From the NCBI GenBank assembly GCA_951406725.2, contig OX597821.1:15624001-15688000 (forward strand): DNA of 64,000 nucleotides, in the 5' to 3' direction. Within the stretch, counting starts at the first letter, position 1, and each line of letters starts with the position of its first letter. A model generated the notes under the pieces. The model was given only the letters and a program-made list of their open reading frames with translations. It did not search any database and was not told where the DNA came from. The DNA comes from Octopus vulgaris (lineage: Eukaryota). The position numbers and the translations under genes were made by a program. Positions 27,155-39,432 of this stretch are shown piece by piece.

Positions 27155-27732
27155 ATAAATAATACATATATATGTGTAAACATACATGACCATACACACA
27201 GATAAATACACGTATAAAATAATACATACACATAATATGTATATTATATATATCAACATTAATAACAGTATTGAAGCATTATGTCAGTAATTTCTCAACA
27301 TAATAGATTGAAAGTAGCATTTATGCTAACAGATAAAAGGGGCTAATGAATTCGTAGTTTCGCCAAAGTGACGTCCGAGGACGATGCTTCAAATTTAAGC
27401 ATAACAGAAACATAAAATTGTCGCGTATTTTGATCTCCCAACCCAGGATAATATCAAAAGGATATCCTCAAGAATAAACTTAAACGTGTGAAATTTCTTT
27501 ATAGGTTACTGTTAAATTCCATTGAATATTATATACATATAATGTTTGAAAAGTTAACATTCTGTACAAACACAGACACACACACACACACACACAAAAT
27601 ATTCATAAAGTCTATATGCAATGCATACCGTACACTTTGAACACAGATTTTGAATTCTATATAGACGTGAAGAAAGAATTAAGGAAAAATTGAAATACAA
27701 TCAATGAGAACTGAAGAGAAAAAATATTATTA

Positions 27733-28155
27733 TACTCTTTACTCTTTTACTCTTTTTCTTGTTTCAGTCATTTGACTGCGGCCATGCTGGAGCACCGCCT
27801 TTAGTCGACCAACTCGACCCTGGGACTTATTCTTTTTGTAAGCCCAGTACTTATTCTATCGGTCACTTTTTGCCGAACCGCTAATTGACGGGGACGTCAA
27901 CACACCAGCATCGGTTGTCAAGCAATGCTAGGGGAACAAACACAGACACACAAACACACACGCATACATATATATATATATATACATATATACGACAGGC
28001 TTCTTTCAGTTTCCGTCTACCAAATCCACTCACAAGGCATTGGTCGGCCCGGGGCTATAGCAGAAGACACTTGCCCAAGATGCCACGCAGTGGGACTGAA
28101 CCCGGAACCATGTGGTTGGTTAGCAAGCTACTTACCACATAGCCACTCCTGCGCC
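27733..28155 (-). mobile_element. SINE family A, full length
   Basis: Reverse complement of the 21553 copy with an (AAAAGAGT)n tail. Confidence 0.93.
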
Positions 28156-29209
28156 TATACTGTTTAAATTTAAAGTCTTGCTTCTAAGCTATCGGTGCTA
28201 AGGTCTGAAAACATTGTACTGTCTCATTCAGAGTTACATTGTCTAGTTTGATAATGTAAATTTATCGGCGTATTTACTTTTAGTGAATGCTTCCGATTTG
28301 AAATTTAAATGAATTCTTTGTTTCAATGATATTTTCATGAAAATCGTTCATCAGCTGTGTAGAAGCTATGGTTTTAGCTACCAACTTAATATGTCGTACA
28401 TTTCCAGCAGTTCTCAAGCTGTGAATTGCGATAACTGCTGGCGGATTGTTGATGATGTGGACCATATGTAAATGACAGTAGAAGATGTGACCTTTGCACA
28501 GCTGAAAAATGATTAATTCTGAAAAATTCACTGGTACCAGGAATATATGTAAAAGACAAATCAGATGAATTCAATTAAGGTAAATATGCTAATAAGTTCA
28601 TATCACGTAAATCGACGCGACTCTGAATACGAACATTTATTTTCATTCAAACATTTTTGCTATTTTTTTCCTTCTTAACTTTTGCTTCATTAAATATTTT
28701 TCTTTTTTTCTTTACGATTTTACACCCCACCCAATGTATGCACTCTATATAGAACTCAATTGTAATTTTTTTAATTATTATATTTTAAATTCAATTTTTT
28801 CAAATATTAATAAACAGAGTTTATTCATATCTGATAAAGTATTAAGCTTACTAAAACTGTTTTGTAGTTTCTGATTAAGAAGCTGGATAGAAGCTGCCAG
28901 TACTACTCAGAACAAAATCTGCTGTAAGGGCTACTTCCATTATTATAAAATAATTACGTCTTATGATACGTTTTAGAGGTGCTACGATTCAAGAGTATGT
29001 ATCGATAAATATTTTAACATTCTGAGTATGACTGAAACTTTAAGTAACACAGATTTCCCTATTCCTATAATTCTACAAAATATGTATCACAATATAATCA
29101 AAACCTCAATTGATCCTTACCTTCAAGATATTTCAATTTAACAAAACATATATCAACTCAATATGATAATTACTTATTTAATTAACATATATATATCATA
29201 ATAATAATA

Positions 29210-29505
29210 TTTGGGAGTATAACTCAAAACTTACAGGGAAATATTCAATTTAGTACTAAATCAAATTTCACAGTTTAAATATATAAAATATAAATTAGAG
29301 ATAAAATCACTATTATGCAACTCAATATTATTATATTAATATATTATTATATTATATATTGATCATTCATTTTATTCTTTTTAAGATCTAGTTATAAGTT
29401 ATATGTTTTATAAAAATATATATTATTTGTTATTTATGTATTGGTTTATGTCTATCACCGTTTGAGTTGCATAATAGTGGTTTATCTCTAATTTATATTA
29501 TATAT
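29210..29505. repeat. Repeat fragment with an approximately 44-bp inverted duplication (possible PLE terminus)
   Basis: ATATAAATTAGAGATAAAATCACTATTATGCAACTCAA (to 29325) is mirrored by TTGAGTTGCATAATAGTGGTTTATCTCTAATTTATAT (from 29462). Confidence 0.6.
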
Positions 29506-29521
29506 ATATATATATATGCAC

Positions 29522-29727
29522 ACATGCCAGAATTTTTACTGCGCCTGGCAAATTGCTTAGTGACATTACGTCACACTTTTCCTTCTGAGTTCAAACACAG
29601 CGGAGATCGACATTGACTTTCAGAACTTTCGAGGCAGATAAAATAAGCTCCGGTTGAGCTCTAAGGCCGATGTAATCGACTTAAACCATCCTTCAAAATT
29701 GCTAGCCTCGTGCCAGGGTTTGAAGCT
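29522..29727 (+). mobile_element. Degenerate SINE family B copy
   Basis: TTCTGAGTTCAAA..GATCGAC..GATAAAATAAG..GATGTAATCGACTT matches the reverse complement of the 35093-35718 copies. Confidence 0.7.
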
Positions 29728-31831
29728 AACACACACACAGAGGCACACACACACATACATGCATGTGTGTGTAAGCACAAAACAGGAATATTCGGCAGTC
29801 TCAAACACCCACTTAATGACACAGATTTGTTGTGTTCACATTTAAAAATAACAGAAACGGTATTCTGTGAAAGATAATTGAACTAGGAAAAGTGCTGGCT
29901 ATCTCAAATCCAGCAGTTGTTTCTAAGGAAGCATTTCGTTGACAAACAACATATGTGATTGTCGTTTACAATCTAAACTTTAGCGTCAATTTATGCTTAG
30001 AAAACGACTGTTTATATATAATTTGTTTATCTGAATATTTGCTCGTGACTGTTAACCAGTCAAGTCTATCGAGCATACGACACTAAAATTCGTCTACGGA
30101 TCTCGACAGCAGTGCTCATGATACAGCTTAATACAACCCGCTCCTAGAATCTATAAAACTTACCGTCATTGTCCACAGTGGGGTACAATATCTTCTATGG
30201 GATACTGACTCACTTGGCTTCTCTATCTTCTTTTCTGTCGACATCCTACCGAAGCTAAATAAATATATTGAATTTGGTATCTCCGTTTTTCCTGCTCTGA
30301 AATCAATCATAATACTTCGATACACCGCTGGGCCCCATGTTTTCTCGCTATATATGTGTGTGTGCATGTATGTGTAATATATATATATATATATATACGT
30401 ACATCCACACACACACACACACACACGGACAAACACATATATAGGACCGTCTGTTAGTGTAGGTATTTGAATACTAAGTCCTATCTCATTTTCTGTTTAA
30501 ACACAGAATTTCTATCTATCTGTCTATGTAACCAGCTCTCTCCACAAACACACATACACACACACACACAAGGATTCACACATACACATGCAAGGATACA
30601 CACACACACATACGCAAGAATACACACACACACGCGCGCACATTCATATATATGTAGCGAGATATATTAGTGTTTAAACTCATTAAATACTTTGTATTTA
30701 AAATTATTAGCAGAAATATACATAAAGATGTCTACACACAGATAGAAATTTCTATATAAGTACAAAGTAGACTAGTTTCACACCTATTTCCACAATTGTC
30801 AGCAACATAAGTGAACTAACGTTAGTTAACACATGTGCAGCAAAATGTAACAACTAATTAATCAACTCCTGAATTAAATTGTAATCTAATGATATTGGTA
30901 ATATGTTATGTAAGCGTACGAGTAGATCGTGAAGAGCGTATCGTAATCATCTCACATTTATGAATTGTGATTGAAATCACTAATTAGCCAGCTGTTCAAT
31001 GAGTATGATGAACACCGATATAGACTTGCTGATCACGCAATTTTATTTCTGCCCAGACAATTGCATATAGAATATCGTGTTTGATTAAAGCAGAAAGAGA
31101 GAATTGGAAGTTAAATGTATTTAAAAACATGAGTCAGACAAGAGTATTTGGAAAACTTTGAAAGGTTGGTATAAAACATATACAAAAATATTATCATGTC
31201 TCCTTATCCACACACCACAGTTGGGGAGATGTCACAATGAAAGCATTATATAACAAGAAATTCATTACGTGACGTGTTCGTATCTCCAATGGGACATCAT
31301 GCATGCATTGTATAAATTAAATGACAAATCATTTTCATAGCCTTCTTTTTCTATTTTCTCTTTGTTCACAGATTTCTAATCGTACGCATATATCCTGGGA
31401 TATATCAAATATGACATAACGTGGTGTTGAAAGAAATATGACCTGTCCGATTTGCAAAATATCAACGATGCTGGAGTGATACCAAAAGGAGCCAAACAAA
31501 GGGATATTGTCAAGAAGTATGTTTCCCTGTGTTATATTCGATGGCAACGAGTGGCTGATCGCTTTTTTCGCAATTGTTATGGCTGTCGATTGATGCTATA
31601 AACGGATGATTCACACAGAGTACGGGGAACCATACATTTACCTCCAGTGCAGTCTAATAAACTAAATTTTTGAGGCAACGACAATTCTTATAAACTAAAC
31701 TTTCTAAGCAACGAACAACCCTTGCCCTGTTAAAATATGATACATTCCTAGAAAGTATTGGAAAATCCTTCAACTTATTGGTTGACGGATGTACATATAC
31801 ATAACTACGAATACAACGCTACGTTGAAATT

Positions 31832-32251
31832 ATTCTTTTTATTTCTTTTATTCTTTTACATGTATCAGTAATTTGACTGCGGCCATGCTGGAGCACCGCC
31901 TTTAGTCGAGCAAATCGACCCCGGGACTTATTCTTTGTAAGTCCAGTACTTATTCTATCAGTCTCTTTTGCCGAACCGCTAAGTGACGGGGACGTAAACA
32001 CACCAGCATCGGTTGTCAAGCAATGCTAGGGGGACAAACACAGACACACAAACCTACACACACACACATATATATATAATACATATATACGACGGGCTTC
32101 TTTCAGTTTCCGTCTACGAAATCCGCTGACAAGGCATTGGTCGGCCCGGGGCTATAGCGGAAGGCACTTGCCCAAGATGCCACGCAGTGGGACTGAACCC
32201 GAAACCATGTGGTTGGTTAGCAAGCTACTTACCACACAACCACTCCTGCGC
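31832..32251 (-). mobile_element. SINE family A, full length
   Basis: Reverse-complement match to the 21553 copy. Confidence 0.93.
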
Positions 32252-32316
32252 TATGTGTATATAGTTATATATGTATGTATACATATAAACTTACGCGCGC
32301 AAACGCACTGACACGG

Positions 32317-32367
<51 letters not shown>

Positions 32368-32916
32368 GTGTGTGCGTGTGTGTGTGTTTGTGTGTTTGTA
32401 TAATTTCAGATTTCATGCGAATCAGCTACTTACATAGTAAAAACACAAAGGTCGGGTTGGTGATATCGCTTTCGTGTGCGAATATTTGAGTAAAAAATTA
32501 CATTCTTACTAAAGCAAACAGATTTATTCTCCGATTGTGCGTGCAATCACTGGTAACCGTCTGAATATACAACGGGTCTTTAAGTTGGCACATGAGTACA
32601 AACACTGTACCCATTGTACTGCACTCAATAAACTCCAGATCCCAGCGAACTGCTGGTTTCGTGTTAGGTGAATGATAAAAATATAACAACACTCGGATTG
32701 CGTTTCACTACAACAGTTTCAGACGTGTACTTATATATATATATATATATTGAGAAGTGTCACTTACAATTATTTCATTCAAGAATGAAGTAATTTAGCA
32801 ACACTATGTTCTTTAATTACATATTGTTTATTCTTTCTATACAGCGGGCCTTGCTTCCCCCGTCTCTTTCTCTCTCATAATGTTTAGAAATATTTGTGTG
32901 TGTATGCGTGTGCATG

Positions 32917-32948
<32 letters not shown>

Positions 32949-33168
32949 CATGCTTGTTGTTTACACACACGCCCTCGTCTTTTATTTTGTTTTGTAAATT
33001 ATCACTATATATATACATATATATATTTAGATAGATATATACATATATGTACAGACATATATACACACATCCATATATATAGTTACATATATATATAAAG
33101 ATATATATATATAAATACATATATATATAAAGATATATATATATAAATACATATATATATATATATAT

Positions 33169-33372
33169 AACTGGCACTCCGTCGCTTACGACTACAAGGA
33201 TTTCTGTTGATCCGATCAAAAGAAAAGCCTGCGCGTCAAATAAACGTTGAGCGTGTACCCTCAATTCTGTGAAAAGGCTGGCCCTTTGAAATGCAGTTAC
33301 TACTCATTTTTGCCAGCTGAGTTAACTGAAAAAAACGTGAAATAAAGTGTATCGCTCAAGGACACAATGCTT
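33169..33372 (-). mobile_element. SINE family D, partial
   Basis: GGCACTCCGTCG..GATCCGATCAA..CATTTTTGCCAGCTGAGT..GCTCAAGGACACAA shared with other D copies. Confidence 0.8.
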
Positions 33373-33384
33373 CTTTGTGTCTGG

Positions 33385-34245
33385 GGAAGCATTCAATACA
33401 CTCCATACGGATTTCAAACTTAAGAAAATTCTACGTATGTATAAAGTCATTAAGAAGAGTAAACAGCTTAAGACATTGAAGAAAATTTTCACCAATGCCA
33501 AACTACTTCCTAGAACAACAGATGCAAGAGTTGTAAAGTGTGGTTGCCCTAAGGGGTTGGAAGGATTGGAATTCCATTTTATACAAAGACAAATATTGAA
33601 AATCAAATCAAATCTAACTTCACTTACGCTCCCAAAACCTCATTTACATAACAATATGCTCAGGCCGCCATAGAAACTATAGTGGCTCAACAAGAAATTC
33701 GATCTGAAAGAGATATATGGTCCACAGATAACAAATATCCACCTAACAATATTGTCAAATATACCTCAGTCAACACATCGATGAATGTGCAGAACGGTTA
33801 CAACCAAAATACGTAATTTTCCCATTTTATCAACTTACCTTCTAGACATCAACACAGGTAATACATGGTAAAGAAGCCTCATTTATCCAAAAATATAAAC
33901 TAGAATTAAATATGAACTCATATTATAAATAAAGCACTTACACCATCTAATAGTAGACGTAAGCCAAAATCAAGAAGAGAACATAAAAAATTAAAAAATT
34001 AAATTGACAGATTTACCTCCCCTTTATTGCAAAATAAATGAGTGAATAATTATCTCGCCGGGCAATGTTTTCTGTTTTGCCCAATTTACCTCTTTCAATT
34101 TTCAGTTTGATGGGCAATGCAAAACCGGTCCTAACTTCAATTATGTTGAAAGAACAAAACTTTATATTGTACAGAATTGTATATCTCTATTATCATGCTT
34201 CAAATTTAATCTTAAGTCCTGTAAAACAAATCTTCTGTTTTTTTC
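33385..34245 (+). mobile_element. Penelope-like element remnant (GIY-YIG domain and 3' pLTR)
   Basis: Decayed translation LKKIFTNAK..VVKCG..SNFT..NYSGST..MVHR.QI..LSQHIDECA..VIFPFY..KEASFIQKYKLELN; degenerate hammerhead at 34104-34136. Confidence 0.75.
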
Positions 34246-34311
<66 letters not shown>

Positions 34312-35092
34312 TTTAACTGGTTTCAGTCATTTTACGACGAGTGATACAGTTGATCCGATCAACGGAACAGCCAAGTCTACATTTGTTTTAATTTTATAGG
34401 AGAAAAGGAAGGCAAACCATAAAGCTTTCCGAAACCTATTCTTTCGACTAAACGATAAAGATGGCGAGAATTTTAGAAGATTTTATCAATAAAGCCGCTA
34501 TCATGTAGGGCCTTAATAATATGGGAGAGCCTTTTCGAATATTTCTTTAGAGGAAGAAAGTCATATGATCCGCTGACTAATATTTGGAATGAAGTTTTTG
34601 AATACAGTAGGTGCATCATGTAGGAGCGGTGCAGATACTGATATGTAGAAATGCACAATATCAAATTGTACGAATTTCGCTTTATCTTCTTGCCGCCGGA
34701 TTTCAATCAAGGTATCAAGAAGGAACTGTTAGTCCATATTAACAGGTTTGACGGTTTCATAATTTTTTTGTTAATATTTCTTAATTTCTTTCTTTTTTAC
34801 TTGCTCAACCTAGTTCAGTCTTGACCGCCTTAATTACCCTACACCCCTGTCAATTAAGACATTTGAAATACCCTCAGTCTAGAAATTACACGTCCTCTCA
34901 GTCAAATTATTAATGCTTGTGTTTAAAGCTGTGCATAATATATAGACACAACATTGACATTCTCACTAATAATGATCCATCCGAAACCTCCTATGGTGTG
35001 CACTAATTTACTAGCAGGACATCAAATTCCCGCAGCTGCCAGTCCAGATTACCGTTATCTTGCATAGAAAAGTAATTTAAAGTGTATAATAT

Positions 35093-35307
35093 TGATTTCA
35101 AGTTTTGGCACAAGACTGGCAAGTTCATAGGGTAGGGATAAGTCGGTTATATCGACCCCAGTGCTCAAATGATACTTATTTTATCTTTTCGCGAAAGGGT
35201 CAAAGGCAAATATGACCTTGAAGGAATTTGAACTCAGAAGATAAAGACGCAAGAAATGTCGCTAAACATTTTACTCGGTGTGCTAACGATTGTGCCAGCT
35301 TCCGCCT
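35093..35307 (-). mobile_element. SINE family B monomer
   Basis: ATCGACCCCAGTG..TACTTATTTTATC..AAAGGCAAA..GGAATTTGAACTCAGAA core. Confidence 0.85.
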
Positions 35308-35318
35308 ATTGCAGAGTA

Positions 35319-35718
35319 TAAAATTCTTTTCTACTCTAGGCAAAAGCCCCGAAATTTTGGGTAGTGGGCCAGTCGATTAGATTGATCCCAGTACGCAAGT
35401 ATCACTTAATTTATGAACCGCGAAAGGATAAAAAGCAAAGTCGACCCCGCTGGAATTTGAACTCAGAACGTTGACAGATGAAATACCTATTTCTTTACTA
35501 TCCACAAGGGGCTAAACACAGAAGAGACAAACAAGGACAGACAAAGGGATTAAGTCGATTACATCGACCCCAGTGCGTAACTGGTACTTAATTTATCCAT
35601 CCCGAATGGCTGAAAGGCAAAGTCGACCTCGGCGGAATTTGAACTCAGAACATAAAGACAGACGAAACATCGCTTAGCATTTCGCCCGGCGTGCTACCGT
35701 TTTTTCCAGCTCGCTACC
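35319..35718 (-). mobile_element. SINE family B dimer with TSD
   Basis: Two tandem core modules bounded by a 10-bp direct repeat TTGCAGAGTA (35309-35318 and 35719-35728). Confidence 0.85.
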
Positions 35719-36479
35719 TTGCAGAGTAAAATATTAAAAAGAATATGTATTATTTATATTAGTATACTTTATTCCAATTAACTCATTCACTGGAGTTATT
35801 GTTGGTTAAAATCAGTAACCCAGAAAGGCATTGGAACGAAGTGCTACGTAAAATCCACGTACCTGTATTAAAACAGTAAGTGTTTATGTCCAATATAAAA
35901 TTTTCTCGTATGACATCCATATCAACGGTTTAATTCGAAAAGTTAATAAGTCTGTATATGCAAATGTGCATATGCATATACGATTATTCAGTAAAGTCTT
36001 CCTATGTAAAAGCGCACTAGCAATTCAAACTTATATGTCCCTGTGTATGAGTGTGCGTATGTGGACGTGTGTGTGTGTGTGTATGTGTGCGTATGCGTGT
36101 GCATACTTGAATAACGGTTTATTGTTTGAGGAAGAAATAATCAAAACGGTGCTAAAGATCAACATTTCTGTAATCTACCTTTGATTCTATCGATCGCTTG
36201 AAATACAGCCTCTCCTTACATTGTTAACTATTGTCGTTGGAAACGACACATTCTTAACCCTTAATTAAGCTGGTTATATTGATCAAAAGCTGTAATCTCC
36301 TCGATCGACGTAACCTTTGCTCACGTAACCGACAAAATACTAAATCTGAATCATAGTGAAACGGCTTAGTCATCGAGCCATCAACTCTGACCTCAAACTA
36401 TATTATATTTAGCTAGATATAATATACTTTGCTGATTATATCTCACGCGTTAACAGTGAGGAATCTTTCTGAAACATTG

Positions 36480-36554
<75 letters not shown>

Positions 36555-36604
36555 TAATAATAATAATAATCATTAGAAGAAGAAGAAGTAGAAGAAGTAC
36601 ACTG

Positions 36605-38572
36605 TAGTTTTCTTTGTTCGGACATACAAACGATCATCTTTACCCTCCTTTGTCATTTCCTTTCCTTTCTTTCTGAGTATTCGAAAAGATAAACATCCTT
36701 TTTATTACAAAATCACGACAGTCTTGTCTGATCGGACATACAAATGATCATCTTTAGAAAATTTAGAAACTTTAATGTTTACAATTTTCTGTGAAAATTT
36801 TACCTTTCTTTTCTCCATGGCTACTCAACTATGGAAACAACACAATTAAATGCACGGTAGAATTTAAGGAGGCAAGCTCATGCCAATACATACAAAGTTC
36901 ACAATTACCAAAACTGTAGACAAAAACTAAAACTTATAAAAAGAAGAAATATTCAAAAAGTAAGAAAAATAATATTCAGAAATTCAAAAATTCAACGATG
37001 TGAACATCAATATATATATAGAAGCATGCAGCTGAAAATGATGCAAATATAAGATAACAAGGAAATGAAGAACTAGACGAAGAGAGCAACTCTCCACCAA
37101 TCTCAATTGAAAGACCTCCATCTGACCAGAACGCGCAAATATTTGGAGAAATAAATTGTAATGAACCTGATAAAGATAGGGAGGAAAGTTGTAAAGAAAC
37201 AATATTTGAAGACTACACGTTTACTGAAGAACATAGAGAGTCTACGACAGAACTCAAGCAGAAAATCTTGAATAAGTTTGAAGTTGTAAGACATGTCGAT
37301 ATGCATGATAGAGAACCACTTCATATGCCCTTAAATACAATCCAAAAAAGAAAACAAATTAAAATTGAAAACTATGTAACAAAGGACATTTTACAAGAAA
37401 TAAAACCAGATTTTACTGAATTAAATGAAATTATTTATGCAGCTGCTAAAACAATTGAAACAAGTTGTATGCCTCTGAAAAAACAAGAGAATACAAGCCT
37501 GTGAAGAATTCCAAACTGGAAAAGTAAATTTGAAAAAGAGATTGAAGTAATGAGAGGTGAAATATCAATATTAAATGAACTAATTTGTGGAAACAATATA
37601 ACACCTGAAGAGGAAAGAAAATGAAGAGAAAACATAGATTCTCACCTAGAGAAGAACTGCTCTGAGCAAATGAAACACTGCAACAAAGAGCCCAAGCAAA
37701 ATCTCAAAGGATACGAAGATTTAAGAAGAGAAGCAAATTTTACAAGCAAAATAGGCTGTTCACATGCAATGCGAAAACATTCTAAAGAGAAATAGGGAAG
37801 GAGAAAATGACCGTTGAAAACGTTGTTGCTATGGAAGAAGTTGAAAACGTTTGGGAAAATATCCGCAGTAATGAAAAGACTTACAATGAAAATGCGAACT
37901 GGATTAGACACACAGAAGGATCCTAGCAAACCTTACCAGAACAAACATGGGAACACATCACAATAGCAGACCTACCGATGACACGCACGAATGATCTTAA
38001 GTGGAAATTATCTGGTAATGATAGGGTACCAAATTTCTGGCTCGCCTCACTCCCGGGCTCACACGAAAAGTTAGTCCAGTTATTCAGTGAAATTATGAGA
38101 GATCCTACACAAACGATTGGTTAGGAAGATGAATTACTTACCTTCTCCCAAAGAATAATGAAGCCAAATTTTCTCAAAGCAGCCACTCTCCATAAAATGT
38201 CTATCTACCACGCATACAATTTTAACATCCATCCCCGCGGAGAAAGCATACACATTTATGGAACATTAGGATATTTTCTCCTCTGAACAAAAATAATGCC
38301 TACGAGGTTCAGATGGAAGCAAAGACCAACTCGATGAAAAAAGGGGATATGAGTACCAATAATTGTCAGAGCCCTGGAAACAGTGAGTAAAAACCTTGAG
38401 AAGTACAAGGAACAAATAGGGGCTGGAATAATGGTGAAGCACTTGCAGAAAACAGCATTGCTTTGAATCGCTTGAATACTCCGGGGGATGCTCGATAGAT
38501 AAGGGATGTTACTTTAGTTCACTGGTTGTGAACATCTGACATGACCAGCTTTAGAAGCTGTGTAGAACAGTA
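36605..38572 (+). mobile_element. Decayed, internally deleted R4/Dong-type retrotransposon flanked by (TAA)n
   Basis: TELNEIIYAAA, VENVWENI, KWKLSGNDRVPNFWL, TYLLPK, EQK.CLRGSDGSKDQL and PIIVRALETVSKNLEKY..HLQKTALL; followed by a (TAA)n tail. Confidence 0.85.
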
Positions 38573-38597
38573 AATAATAACAATAATAATAACGATG

Positions 38598-38675
<78 letters not shown>

Positions 38676-38678
<3 letters not shown>

Positions 38679-39041
38679 TGCATCTCTGATCACGAGCAGA
38701 AGTAGTGGGGGAGCATCATAGCCATGTGTTGAGAGGGATTCTTTGGGGTTTGAATACTTCACCTCTGGAAACATGGGTGGTTCTTTCAACATCCTTAAAC
38801 AACCCTTATTCAGGGACCGTTTGAGCGGGATGGGCTACTCGACCTGAAGAAAATTCTAACTGGGCCCCACCTGCAAGGTCATGCGCGGTTTATCTTGATA
38901 TGAGATCACCACGTCGCGCACATATGGTTGTGATGTATGTGCCTAGTGTACCCTTATCAGACAGGAAGTCATGATGGGTATATTGGGCTTCGTATTTTTT
39001 ACCCCAGTGTCACGTTGATGGCATTCACTGCTCTCTCACTC
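38676..39041 (+). mobile_element. Interspersed repeat family F embedded in (TAA)n
   Basis: Highly similar to 62367-62731; both copies end CTCTCA(C/G)TC followed by (AAT)n. Confidence 0.85.
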
Positions 39042-39098
<57 letters not shown>

Positions 39099-39209
39099 CA
39101 CTTTCCATACAATAACCATCAGAGCATCACTACAAATCACAGCACATACCTAAGGCACACAGAGCTGCGCTCGGTAGTGAAGTGAAAGCACGCTATAAAA
39201 ATAAAACTA

Positions 39210-39266
<57 letters not shown>

Positions 39267-39279
39267 TATTATTATGCTT

Positions 39280-39432
39280 TCAAATATACTCACAAGGCCA
39301 TTAAATTTGGGGGAGAGGTTAAGTCGGCTATATTCACTCCAGTTCACCACAGGCACCTATTTTATCGAACCCGAAGGGGAAAATTTACCCTCGGCCGAAT
39401 TTGAACTCAGAACGTAAACGTATACGAAATGC
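39280..39432 (-). mobile_element. SINE family B fragment
   Basis: CCTCGGCCGAATTTGAACTCAGAACGTAAA core. Confidence 0.7.

Noticed and set aside
28284-28579. Possible exon (TTTTAG acceptor, AG|GTAAAT donor)
   Set aside because: Multiple stops and no recognisable product; such signals are common in AT-rich DNA.
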